Position numbers and translations under genes: made by a program. 64,000 nt of DNA from Candidatus Woesearchaeota archaeon (GTDB lineage Archaea; Nanobdellota; Nanobdellia; SCGC-AAA011-G17; UBA489), in assembly GCA_964344635.1 (NCBI GenBank), contig CAYFOE010000004.1, forward strand, positions 279-64,278. Direction: 5' to 3'. A model generated the notes under the pieces. It made no database searches. It worked only from the letters and a program-made list of their open reading frames with translations, and was not told where the DNA came from. Positions 48,197-58,107 of the stretch are shown here, piece after piece. The first letter of the stretch is position 1. The number at the start of each line of letters is the position of its first letter.

Positions 48197-49930
48197 TTAT
48201 TTCACCAACTTTTCTATCATTGCAGCGAAAGCAGGCCTTGTAATCAAAACTCCGATTGTAACCCCAGTCATAGTAGTTAGTGCGAATCCCTTGATTAATC
48301 CTGCACCTGCAAACATTAAAGGGAACATGGCAACCATAGTAGTTGCGTATGCACTGAAGATTATGAAGAACGCTCTCTTTATTTTTTGTTTCCAGTTTAA
48401 GTTTACCTTTCGGGACTTAAGAGTTTCATCTGTAATCACGATTTGATCATCTACACCCGTTCCTACAGCAGCAATGATTCCTGCAATTGCAGCAAGATCT
48501 AGATTCCACCTTGCAAGCGCTGCAAACCCTAAAATAATTATTACCTCTGAAAGACTTGTAATCACCATAGGAATCACAATTTTGAAGTTTCTATACCTTG
48601 CAAAAATAACAACTCCGACAACCAAAATTGCTAAGATTCCCGCTAAAAATGCATTCTTTATGAATTCTTGACCCATCGCAGGAGAAATTGTATCCATTTT
48701 TACAATCTCTAACTTTAGTGGAAGCGATCCTGTAATCAGAACAGTTTGAAGATTGTTCATATTAGCGATTGCGTCAGTGTATGCTAGATTCTCATCCGAT
48801 CCATAACCCGGTCCTGAAATTGCAATCTGTGTTGTTTCCTGCCCCTTTAAGTCTGAAGAAATTAAAAGAGTGTCAACTAATTTTCCATCCAAGTATAAAT
48901 CTAATGGCTTTTCTAAATATGCTCCACTGGCAGAATGATTGACTTCTAATTTGCCAGTTATTTCTGCATGTCTCTTTGCAGCTTCAGGCGAAAGAGAAAT
49001 TGAGAACCTAAAAGTACATTGAGCTTGTTCAGGTCCAATTGTTGAACAGGACTCAACCACTGCACAAGATCCATCATCTCTACACACATAAGGGACATCC
49101 TTTTTACCGCCCTCAAAAACTACATCTTCTCCAATCTTTGCTTCGAAAACACCCTGATTCGAGATTAAATTTCTAACCTCTTCACGAGTAGCTCCAGCGA
49201 TTTCAATTAATATGAACTGTTTACCCTCTAAGTCTTTTGCAGATCTTATCTTAATATCTGCAAGACCATACACATTTAGACGTTTATTCATAACATCAAT
49301 TATGTTATTAATATCATTGAGGGTTATCTCTTCCTCAGAAACCGGCTCTAAAAGTACCCTAGTTCCACCCTGTAATTCTAGTCCTTTTTCGATATTGCTC
49401 TTCTTTGCTTCCTGTACAGAAATTCCAATGTCTCCAGTTGTTAGGAATGCATATTCATCTGAGTCTGTTTGAATTACAACCTTCTTCTTTTCAAACAATT
49501 CAGATTGAACCTTGTTAAACCCTTCTAAGCTATTTATTTCATTATCATTGATCGAGATTAGTTTAGCGTTAATTGATAAAGGCGTAAAACCTTCTGCAGA
49601 AATTACTGTAGAATTACTATCAATACTGAACCCAATTTCGGACGTTACAGTATACGTGAATTCCTCTTCGGAAGTTTGAACTGTTATCTCCTGAGATTCA
49701 GGAATTAATTTATTTATTTCATTTGTAAAATCAGTTAAGTCTTTAATGTCAACCCCATTTATGGAAGTAATTATTTCACCTGCTTCAATCCCAGAAGATA
49801 ACGCAGGAGAAGTAGAATCAATCTGTTTTATTTCCACACCTTTTGCAAGAGGTGAAGGATCAATCACTAATAGTGATGCAAATAGAAAGAACACCAAAAT
49901 CCAAACTCGAGTGCTAAATATCTTTGCCAT
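48197..49930 (-). CDS. secD: SecD with two PDZ-like repeats in the extracellular region
   Basis: GLELQGG, LDLAAIAGIIAAVGTGVDDQI, GLIKGFA; start at ATG 49930 after a GGGGGG SD. Confidence 0.88.
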   Translation of the reverse strand: MAKIFSTRVWILVFFLFASLLVIDPSPLAKGVEIKQIDSTSPALSSGIEAGEIITSINGVDIKDLTDFTNEINKLIPESQEITVQTSEEEFTYTVTSEIGFSIDSNSTVISAEGFTPLSINAKLISINDNEINSLEGFNKVQSELFEKKKVVIQTDSDEYAFLTTGDIGISVQEAKKSNIEKGLELQGGTRVLLEPVSEEEITLNDINNIIDVMNKRLNVYGLADIKIRSAKDLEGKQFILIEIAGATREEVRNLISNQGVFEAKIGEDVVFEGGKKDVPYVCRDDGSCAVVESCSTIGPEQAQCTFRFSISLSPEAAKRHAEITGKLEVNHSASGAYLEKPLDLYLDGKLVDTLLISSDLKGQETTQIAISGPGYGSDENLAYTDAIANMNNLQTVLITGSLPLKLEIVKMDTISPAMGQEFIKNAFLAGILAILVVGVVIFARYRNFKIVIPMVITSLSEVIIILGFAALARWNLDLAAIAGIIAAVGTGVDDQIVITDETLKSRKVNLNWKQKIKRAFFIIFSAYATTMVAMFPLMFAGAGLIKGFALTTMTGVTIGVLITRPAFAAMIEKLVK

Positions 49931-49931
49931 A

Positions 49932-50816
49932 TTATTGTCCCCCCTTCTTTTTTGCATAAAGTGCTAACATTGGAGCGTTTAGTAAGTATGTAAGAATCAC
50001 ATCAACCACCAAACCTATAATTATAATGGAAAACATTTGTTTCAATACAAAAGATGTTGAAACAAGATATGCAACACCCAGTGCCGCAACTGTTGTAAAA
50101 GTCATAGTTAGACCGGTTTTCAGAGAGCTAAAGACGCCTTCTAAAATAGTATTCTCTTTGCTTTTGAGGATTCTGGTAGTTAACAATACATCAGTGTCAA
50201 TGGAATAACCTACCAATAATAATAGTGCCGCAATTCCTGCAGACGAAAGCCTCACTCCCAAGAAATTTAAGATACTTAGAGTAATTGCAAGATCTCCCAG
50301 AGCAACAATAACTACTGCAAAAGAAGGTAACGGTTTCCTAAAGATGAAAAAAATCACTGCCGACATAAAAATGAATGCAACAATCAATGCCTTAATCATC
50401 TGTTGATAGAATGAATCCCCCAGAGACGAACCCACAACCTCAATCGAAAGGTTTTCTTCTGAAAGGACTATCCCTGTTGTTTCAGCAATAGTTGTTTTGA
50501 TTAGTTCTTCGTTGATTTCAGGTGTTTCTATTACAATTCCGATTTCCTTATTTGTTCCAAATTCCGAAATGCCCCTCAAGGAGATTTCTGAAAACTGCTT
50601 CTTCAATTCTGATTCTAGAAGTTCATTATCTATCTGTTCCTCAGTGTACAAAGTTATAGTCATACCCCCACTTAAAGAAACATCTTTCTGAATCAATTCA
50701 CCAGTTTGGGAATAAGTAATTGAAAGGAAAACTAATGAAGCTAAGATCAGTAAAATTGGCAGAACCATCATTTTTTTCTGATTCTTTTCAAATAATACTT
50801 TTAACTTGGATTCCAT
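49932..50816 (-). CDS. secF: Protein translocase subunit SecF
   Basis: DVSLSGG, VGSSLG, GYSIDTDVLLTTR. Confidence 0.9.
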   Translation of the reverse strand: MESKLKVLFEKNQKKMMVLPILLILASLVFLSITYSQTGELIQKDVSLSGGMTITLYTEEQIDNELLESELKKQFSEISLRGISEFGTNKEIGIVIETPEINEELIKTTIAETTGIVLSEENLSIEVVGSSLGDSFYQQMIKALIVAFIFMSAVIFFIFRKPLPSFAVVIVALGDLAITLSILNFLGVRLSSAGIAALLLLVGYSIDTDVLLTTRILKSKENTILEGVFSSLKTGLTMTFTTVAALGVAYLVSTSFVLKQMFSIIIIGLVVDVILTYLLNAPMLALYAKKKGGQ

Positions 50817-50937
50817 AGGCTCGAATTGAATTAAGGCTATTAAAAACCTTTTTATTATGCTTTTTCAATAAGTTTAAATACTTTAAAAAGGATTTTAAAA
50901 TAAATAGCCCTATCGGCATTTTAAAAAAAGAGGTAAA

Positions 50938-53475
50938 ATGGTTGGAAAATCTAAAATTCTTGGTCTTTTTGCAATATTTATAGTTTTTTTAGGAAGTTTA
51001 GTGTATGCAAATAGCGCAATTGAGCCTATCTCCATAAATATTAATGAAAGCAATGCGACTTATGTGGTTGGCGAAGAAATAACCTTGGATTTCGAGGCTG
51101 AATTTGGTGGCCCTTTCTCTTCATTGACCAATCTGGAAGTTTCTCTAGCAGACTTAAATTTCTCTGGACGATTCTTGGAAGTACTGGACGCACAAGGAAT
51201 AAGTTATGCGGTAGAGAATGGAACTAGCTCCCTGAGTGGAAGTACCGATGAAGCACATTTTGCATTCAATGACCTAGGCGAACAAATAATCTACCTGAGA
51301 GTAGACAGTAATGAAGACACCTTCAGTGATCTAGACTTTGAAGTTTTAGGAAGTGAAGATATTAAACTACCCTACCTTGATTTTGGAGCAGACGGAATCG
51401 TCGAATGGAAATTCTTTGGAGACTTCTTAGGATTTAGTTCAGACTATTTATTATCTGAAACACTAACAGAAGATGATGGTGGGGACATAATTATTACAAA
51501 TGAAAAATCAAATTATTGGTGTGAACAAATTGATTTACCCCTAACCAGAGATTTACAAGTCTATGTTAAGATGGAAGAACTAGATGTTAATGAAAACATT
51601 TCAGCAACACTAATACAACTTAGTGATCTAGAATGTAAATCTGATTGTGAAGGTTTTGGAGGACAATACACTTGTGATGTAGATATAGGAAGTTCTTTGG
51701 ATTATTATAGTTGTGATTTGAGTGCAGAGTACACTCTAGAAGGTGAATTTTTAGTGTGTATATACAATGAAGTCCAAGGCGACGGACAAACCCAACAAGC
51801 TAAACTGAGAATCGAGAGCAATAGCCCTAATTCTGCATACGTTTGTAATGTTGACGGGGATTCATATGATTGCAATTCTCAAGGCTCTGATGACTTTCTG
51901 ATCAAAGTCAAGGCAGGAGATTACAACGAAGTTTTGAACGGAAATGCAAACTTCATGGCAGGACTAATAAACAATTATGAGGCCTTTATCACAGTACTAA
52001 ATTATGAAATCTCAAACTGCATGGAGTTGGATGACGGAAAATGTGCGATTCCATTGAAAGTTGGAAGCTCTTCCAGCGGAGTTTTAACATTAAAAGATTT
52101 GAATATGGAATACAATACTGCAAGCGGACTGAAATCAACCAACAACTTCTACATGGGCATTGACATTGGACAAGGTCTGGTTTATGAATTGGGCGAGTTT
52201 AACTTAACAGACTTGAATGAGAGCATAGTTCTGAACATGAGTACTGAAGGACTGTACATCTATGCTCCTGAAGTAAATTTTTCAGGAAACTATAACCTGG
52301 AACTTTCATTTAATCCGGGGCCGAGTGATTCAATCAGCGTAGAGATCAGCACATTTACCGAAGGTTTGATGGACAGTGAAGGAGCTAGAAGCACCATACA
52401 AGAACACATCGATTTCCTAGAATCTGAAGAGACAAATTATGGAGACGTTTTAGAAGTAATGGGCTTGAATAGTGACGTCTCATTTGCATTATCCGGATTG
52501 AATGATTATCTGAATGAGTTAGATATGTTGAACGGGACAAATCAAAGTGAAATGGATTCGTTTATAGAAGATTTAAATCAGAACATTGATACCCTAATGG
52601 AAAATACTCCAAAGGTAATAAGTGTACTCTCTAGCTTAGACGACGAAGTAGTTATAGAACCCAGCGACGTTTTAGCAGAAATGGTTCCCACAGGTGATTT
52701 GAACGACGCATATTATTTACAAAATGATTTCAATGTTAAATCAAATGCAAGATATGTTGAAGTCGTTTTATTCAACGATATCGAAATAAAAGGGTCAATT
52801 ATTCGGAAGGAAGTAAGTGGCTCAGGAAGTAACTATTATGTCTATGAAACGATACCTGCCTTCGTCTCAACCAATGAGCCCAGTTTTATCGACGGATTTA
52901 GTCAAGTGAAAAGCGGAAACATAAATCTATACCGATCAGAATATTCCAACGTAATGGGTGCGAGCTACAACTATTTCTTCGAGAATGAAGACGTAACTCT
53001 TGGTTTGAAAGATATGAAAACAGTACTAATCCCAAAAGCAGGAGTCATGCCCAGAGGAAGTGAAGAAATTCCAGTTTGCGGAGATAATAAGTGCGCAGTA
53101 TTAATGGTCGACGGAGAAAAAATTTACCTCGAAGATGCAATCTCTTGCCCCCAAGATTGTGCCAAGAAAGTTAACTGGGGTGGAATCTTAATGGTTTTCA
53201 TGATCGGTGTCTTGATCATAGTTGCAGTAGCAGTCTATTTTAGATTTATGAAAAAGAAAGTCGGCGGAAAAGGAGACACCGTGAAAAAATCTCAATTTGC
53301 AAGTGAGAAAGATGAAACACAATTAAGAGAATATATTTCTAAATCTATTGCTTCCGGAGCAACTAGAGAAAAAATCACCAAAATTCTATTAGAAAGAGGT
53401 TGGAAGAAGGAGCAAATCGATTATGCATTTAAACCAAAAATTGGGAAACCCAAAAACGGAAAGAATATCAAGTAG
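50938..53475 (+). CDS. Large acidic secreted protein with C-terminal TM and conserved-looking cytoplasmic tail
   Basis: Signal peptide, acidic ectodomain, CGDNKC..E...CPQDC, TM, then LREYI...LLERGWKKEQIDYAF. Confidence 0.8.
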   Translation: MVGKSKILGLFAIFIVFLGSLVYANSAIEPISININESNATYVVGEEITLDFEAEFGGPFSSLTNLEVSLADLNFSGRFLEVLDAQGISYAVENGTSSLSGSTDEAHFAFNDLGEQIIYLRVDSNEDTFSDLDFEVLGSEDIKLPYLDFGADGIVEWKFFGDFLGFSSDYLLSETLTEDDGGDIIITNEKSNYWCEQIDLPLTRDLQVYVKMEELDVNENISATLIQLSDLECKSDCEGFGGQYTCDVDIGSSLDYYSCDLSAEYTLEGEFLVCIYNEVQGDGQTQQAKLRIESNSPNSAYVCNVDGDSYDCNSQGSDDFLIKVKAGDYNEVLNGNANFMAGLINNYEAFITVLNYEISNCMELDDGKCAIPLKVGSSSSGVLTLKDLNMEYNTASGLKSTNNFYMGIDIGQGLVYELGEFNLTDLNESIVLNMSTEGLYIYAPEVNFSGNYNLELSFNPGPSDSISVEISTFTEGLMDSEGARSTIQEHIDFLESEETNYGDVLEVMGLNSDVSFALSGLNDYLNELDMLNGTNQSEMDSFIEDLNQNIDTLMENTPKVISVLSSLDDEVVIEPSDVLAEMVPTGDLNDAYYLQNDFNVKSNARYVEVVLFNDIEIKGSIIRKEVSGSGSNYYVYETIPAFVSTNEPSFIDGFSQVKSGNINLYRSEYSNVMGASYNYFFENEDVTLGLKDMKTVLIPKAGVMPRGSEEIPVCGDNKCAVLMVDGEKIYLEDAISCPQDCAKKVNWGGILMVFMIGVLIIVAVAVYFRFMKKKVGGKGDTVKKSQFASEKDETQLREYISKSIASGATREKITKILLERGWKKEQIDYAFKPKIGKPKNGKNIK

Positions 53476-54493
53476 TTTGTTATGTCTATTTTTTTTAATA
53501 CAACTAACAATTGTAGTTTCTGCAAGTTGCTCTGAAGGTGATGTTAGATCTTGTGGAGAATATTCTGAAGGAGAGTGTAAGCAAGGCTTACAATTTTGTG
53601 AAAACGGAGTCTGGGGATTTTGTACCGGACAAGTCTTACCTGAAAATGAAATTTGTAATGACTCAAGAGATAACGATTGTGACGGTCTTGTCGACGAAGG
53701 CTGCGAATGTGTTTTAGGAGATAGCAGATCCTGCGGGCCATTGAATGAAACCGGAATCTGTCAAAAAGGTTTGGAATTTTGCACTGAACTCGGAGAATGG
53801 TCTGGCGATTGTTTAAACTCTACAATGCCCGATGTTGAGAAATGTGGTTCTGGCAGCGGAAACGGTCTAGATGATAACTGTGATGGGATTATTGATGAAG
53901 GGTGTAGTTTGAACAATGAAACGGAAATCCCTGTGACCTGCACAAACAGGGTTAAAGATGCAGGCGAAGAAGGAATTGACTGTGGAGGGCCCTGTGCAAT
54001 TAAGTGCACCGTAGAAGAAGACCTTGACGAAGACAAAGATGGCCTCACTTTAGCTATGGAACTTGAAAGAGGAACAGACCCATTAATGGAAGACACAGAC
54101 TTTGACGGCATTAATGATTATGATGACCAATACCTTCTATGCCCAAACAATTTTTGTGATATACTAAAAGGAGAAAATCATGAAAACTGTCCCACAGATT
54201 GTGAAAAAGAAGGCGGAAACCCTTCATGGATACTATTAATCATAGTAATATCATTTTTAGGGATCGGTTTATTTTTCTATATCCAATTCAAAAAATCAAC
54301 CGGAAAAATTCAAGACGAGAAGAAAGAAAAACCCAAAGCTTGGAAAGGCTTAGACGAAAGCTATACACCTGAAAAAAAATCTTACACTCGGAAAAGAGTC
54401 TATGTTAGAGACAAAAAGAAACCCTTTGATGAAACCGAAACAGAAAAAATGCTCAGAGAGTCTTTAGAATCTGTAAAAAAAGGAAGGATCTAG
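53423..54493 (+). CDS. Cys-rich membrane-anchored protein with MopE-like and Ca-binding DxDxDG repeats
   Basis: EICNDSRDNDCDGLVDEG, GLDDNCDGIIDEG, DEDKDGL, DTDFDGIND; C-terminal TM; start uncertain. Confidence 0.8.
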   Translation: MHLNQKLGNPKTERISSSLLCLFFLIQLTIVVSASCSEGDVRSCGEYSEGECKQGLQFCENGVWGFCTGQVLPENEICNDSRDNDCDGLVDEGCECVLGDSRSCGPLNETGICQKGLEFCTELGEWSGDCLNSTMPDVEKCGSGSGNGLDDNCDGIIDEGCSLNNETEIPVTCTNRVKDAGEEGIDCGGPCAIKCTVEEDLDEDKDGLTLAMELERGTDPLMEDTDFDGINDYDDQYLLCPNNFCDILKGENHENCPTDCEKEGGNPSWILLIIVISFLGIGLFFYIQFKKSTGKIQDEKKEKPKAWKGLDESYTPEKKSYTRKRVYVRDKKKPFDETETEKMLRESLESVKKGRI

Positions 54494-54494
54494 T

Positions 54495-56378
54495 TTGCAA
54501 AAAGGTCAGGCAGCCATGGAATTTGTATTCAGCTATGGTTGGGCGCTAGTTGTGATGATGGTTGCTGTTGCAAGCCTTAGCTTATTTGTCTTTGACGGAG
54601 GAGACAATTTAGTTTCCACAGTGTGTAATTTCGGACCAGGACTTTTTTGTAACGAGTTTCAAGTATCTGCCAAGGTAAATGGAGGGACTTACAATTCTAA
54701 CGTACCAGACATCCCACAAAAGTTTTTGAACATGGCAAGCTATTCCCCCATTAGGAATTATTATATTGCAATCAATGAACCCTGCGCAAACAATTCCAAT
54801 GACGGACTATCATATACCTGCGATGGACAAGGCGGAGGGCCCTGGAAAGATTTTGAAGCATTGAATGTTAGATTTAACCAAGGCTTTTTATTTGAACCAG
54901 GCGATGCTTTAGTCTTTAGAAGTGGAATTTATGAACTGTCCAGTTCTGGACTGAACCTAAAAAATGACGGTCTCGAAAATGCACCAATCAAGTTTATGGC
55001 ATTTACCGGAGATAACGTAGTTATGAGAGTTAACCAAAATCCACTATTGCTCGCAGGAAAATATACCGTATTGGAAGGATTGAAAATTGAATGCAATGTA
55101 TTGAAAGAATGTATAGTCGTATTCGACCAAAATGATTCTGCAGACCATATAGTGGTGTATAACAATGAGATCATTGGTGCCACTGAAGACGGAATAAAGT
55201 CTACGAATAAGTCTTCCAACTTGTTCGTGTATAGAAATAAATTCTACGATACCCGCGGTGCCGGAGAATCTATCGACGCCTTCGGAGTTCAAGAAGCATG
55301 GATTGTCGAAAATGAATTCTACGAAGAAAACCTTCAAGGAAGCAACCCAGGCGCAGTTATGTGGACTAAAGGTGGTGCGAAAGACATCTACTACATTAGA
55401 AATCATTTCCACGATTTTACTGTAGAAAACCATGCAGTAATTTTGGGTGGTTGTTGTTGGGAAAATTGGAACGGCGTTCCAGGAGTGGACTATGTTGCAG
55501 AAAGAGTTTACGCCTACGATAACATATTTGAAAGAATAAACATTAGTGGATCTTATGCATATAGGGGAGTGATAGGTGTTTCAGGTTGCAAAGATTGTAT
55601 TGTCGAGGGCAACGTTTTGAACGAAGTCGATGACGTGATCGGAATCCATAGCTCCGAAGACGGACCAATTAAACTAGCCTCCAAGAACGTGGTTATCAGG
55701 AATAATAAAGAAAGCAATGTAAATAACGACAGAGTGTTGAATCTCCATGCAGACTCTACAGATGGATTGTTAATCGAAGGAAACGAATACTGCGTTAATG
55801 ACCCTCACGTGTACTATGGAGGGAACCTAATGGCCTTACCAGACTTCATGAACTACGGTTTTGAATTAAATTACAATGCCTGTGGATCGAATAGTTCTTC
55901 AGGAGTTAACGGATTGAATTTAGTCGTGACTAACTCACTAGGCAAGGACATTGATGAATTTTTTGTTTACGTTAAAGAAGGAACCGGTGAATCCTGTAGT
56001 GGGAATTATGGAATCTTAGCATCCAAAACTCTAGCCGACCAAGGCTACTATCCTATTGATAACTTTGAAAAAGATGCAAAACTAAGACTAGGGACCTTTG
56101 ATTTAGCAGGGATAGACAATGAAATGAACTCTTTAGTCTGTGAAGAACACAGCGCAGTTTTTGACAATTCAGTTACTAACTGTTGCAATACCTTTGGAGA
56201 CTTGGATAACCTAGTTAGTTTCGGCAATCTTCCTCCAGTTGAATGTTCAAGTGCCTGCTCATCAAGCAGCTTAGAAAGAGGAGATCTATTCTCTCAAGAA
56301 CTAGTTTTAGTTTACAAATTCAGAAACTCTGAAATCTTTCATGTAAAACACGTCGAAACTAGAAGTTTAGTTGAATAA
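54495..56378 (+). CDS. Archaeal pilin (KG|QAAMEF) with inserted right-handed beta-helix domain
   Basis: QKGQAAMEFVFSYGWALVV N-terminus; YYIA..NDGLS..GPWK..PGD.LVFRSGIY followed by Asn/Ile-ladder repeats; pilin-type LVVTNSLGKDI resumes afterwards. Confidence 0.8.
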   Translation: MQKGQAAMEFVFSYGWALVVMMVAVASLSLFVFDGGDNLVSTVCNFGPGLFCNEFQVSAKVNGGTYNSNVPDIPQKFLNMASYSPIRNYYIAINEPCANNSNDGLSYTCDGQGGGPWKDFEALNVRFNQGFLFEPGDALVFRSGIYELSSSGLNLKNDGLENAPIKFMAFTGDNVVMRVNQNPLLLAGKYTVLEGLKIECNVLKECIVVFDQNDSADHIVVYNNEIIGATEDGIKSTNKSSNLFVYRNKFYDTRGAGESIDAFGVQEAWIVENEFYEENLQGSNPGAVMWTKGGAKDIYYIRNHFHDFTVENHAVILGGCCWENWNGVPGVDYVAERVYAYDNIFERINISGSYAYRGVIGVSGCKDCIVEGNVLNEVDDVIGIHSSEDGPIKLASKNVVIRNNKESNVNNDRVLNLHADSTDGLLIEGNEYCVNDPHVYYGGNLMALPDFMNYGFELNYNACGSNSSSGVNGLNLVVTNSLGKDIDEFFVYVKEGTGESCSGNYGILASKTLADQGYYPIDNFEKDAKLRLGTFDLAGIDNEMNSLVCEEHSAVFDNSVTNCCNTFGDLDNLVSFGNLPPVECSSACSSSSLERGDLFSQELVLVYKFRNSEIFHVKHVETRSLVE

Positions 56379-56419
56379 TAAAGGAAACATATAAATAAAC
56401 TTTAGGCTGTTAAGAAATT

Positions 56420-57931
56420 ATGGCAAGATTGGCTGTAGATTTACCCAAAATGGCAAGAGTTGTTAATTTAGCAATTCCTCTATTGTTCTTATTATTTGGA
56501 TTTTTAGGATTTAATTACAATGGCGCGTACCACCTTGGAACCGCACTATTTTTAGTATTAACACTAATGAATTTTTATTACAGACATTTGCAAGTAAAGC
56601 ATACACTTCTTAGAAATTTTGGAATTATTGGTCAGATGAGATATATGATCGAGAGCATCGGCCCAGAGTTCAGACAGTATTTATATGCAAGCGATACCGA
56701 AGAGAAGCCATTCAGTAGGGTTGAAAGGGCAGAAGTTTATAGAAAATCAAAGAATGCCGACTCTTCAGAAGCCTTTGGTTCTTTGATGAATTTTGACGAT
56801 GAAGAAATTAAGATTAGACATTCCATGTACCCTGTTGACAAAAGAGATATGAAAAAATTTTCTTTGGTATTTGGTGAGGAAAGAGGGATTAAGAATCAAT
56901 ATGTAATGAAAAAACCCTTCTTGATTAGTGCAATGTCCTTTGGAGCACTAGGACAAAATGCAGTAAGGGCTCTTGCAAGAGGAGCAAAAGCTGGAGGAAT
57001 TATAATGAACACAGGTGAAGGGGGCTATCCCAAGTATCACCTAGCAGAAGGTTGCGATTTAATATTTCAAATAGGAACTGCAAAGTTTGGGGTTAGGAAT
57101 GACGATAGCTCCCTAAATGATGAAAAATTAAGAAAATTAGCACTAAAACCTCAAATAAAAATGATAGAAATTAAATTTTCACAAGGTGCAAAACCGGGAA
57201 AAGGAGGACTGTTGCCCAAAGAAAAAATCACCAAGGAAATTTCAGAATTGAGGCATGTGCCTTTAGGCGTGGATGTTATTTCCCCACCACACCATATCGA
57301 ATGCGTGGATGCTGAAAGTACAGTAAAATTTATTGGAAGAGTTCAAAATGTTTCCCAATTGCCCGTAGGGATCAAGATGTGTTTTGGCTGTGAAGGAGAA
57401 TTCAGAAAACTCATCAAAGAAATGAAAAGGCAGAAAATTTTCCCAGACTATATCTCCATCGATGGTTCCGAAGGAGGAACAGGAGCAGCACCAAAAAGTT
57501 TCATGGACAATGTAGGTGTTCCATTATTCAAAGCATTGCCAATTGTACAAAAAGTATTAGTTGAAGAAAGAGTTAGAAAAAAAATGAAACTATTATGTGC
57601 AGGAAAACTAATCAATCCAGGAAAACAATTAACAGCAATGGCATTAGGGGCAGACGCCGTCTATACTGCAAGAGGATTCATGTTAGCGTTAGGATGTATC
57701 CAGGCACTACAATGTAACAAAAACACTTGCCCAGTAGGAATCACAAGCCACGATCCTCAGTTCCAAAAAGGATTAGTTGTTGAAGACAAATCAAAAAGAG
57801 TTGCAAATTATGTAAACAATTTAGAACACGACTTTTATGAACTATTAGCATCAACAGGTTCAAGATCGATAAAAGAGTTAACTCCCGACAAAGTATACAT
57901 CCCAAAAAACGCACCATGCGTAGACAAATAA
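56420..57931 (+). CDS. FMN-binding glutamate synthase family protein with N-terminal TMs
   Basis: SAMSFGAL, NTGEGG, EIKFSQGAKPGKGG, DGSEGGTGAAP, CIQALQCNKNTCPVG Fe-S motif. Confidence 0.9.
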   Translation: MARLAVDLPKMARVVNLAIPLLFLLFGFLGFNYNGAYHLGTALFLVLTLMNFYYRHLQVKHTLLRNFGIIGQMRYMIESIGPEFRQYLYASDTEEKPFSRVERAEVYRKSKNADSSEAFGSLMNFDDEEIKIRHSMYPVDKRDMKKFSLVFGEERGIKNQYVMKKPFLISAMSFGALGQNAVRALARGAKAGGIIMNTGEGGYPKYHLAEGCDLIFQIGTAKFGVRNDDSSLNDEKLRKLALKPQIKMIEIKFSQGAKPGKGGLLPKEKITKEISELRHVPLGVDVISPPHHIECVDAESTVKFIGRVQNVSQLPVGIKMCFGCEGEFRKLIKEMKRQKIFPDYISIDGSEGGTGAAPKSFMDNVGVPLFKALPIVQKVLVEERVRKKMKLLCAGKLINPGKQLTAMALGADAVYTARGFMLALGCIQALQCNKNTCPVGITSHDPQFQKGLVVEDKSKRVANYVNNLEHDFYELLASTGSRSIKELTPDKVYIPKNAPCVDK

Positions 57932-57935
57932 GATA

Positions 57936-58007
57936 TGCGCCGGCCGGGATTCGAACCCGGATCAAGAGCTTGGAAGGCTCCTATGCTAGCCATTACACTA
58001 CCAACGC
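57936..58007 (-). tRNA. tRNA-Gly(UCC)
   Basis: GCGTTGG/CCGGCGC acceptor (two G-U pairs), GGAGC-CTTCCAA-GCTCT, TTCGAAT. Confidence 0.95.
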
Positions 58008-58107
58008 TTAGCTCAAAAGTGAGATGATTGCTTTTTAAAGATTTCTCAAGATTCAACACTCATAATAGTTTTAAATTACAAGATATTTCTAACTTTAGGG
58101 ATTTTAT

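Noticed and set aside
57741-58059. Minus-strand 74 aa ORFs; likewise 17253-17447 and 62844-63140
   Set aside because: They overlap tRNA genes or real CDSs and have no independent support.
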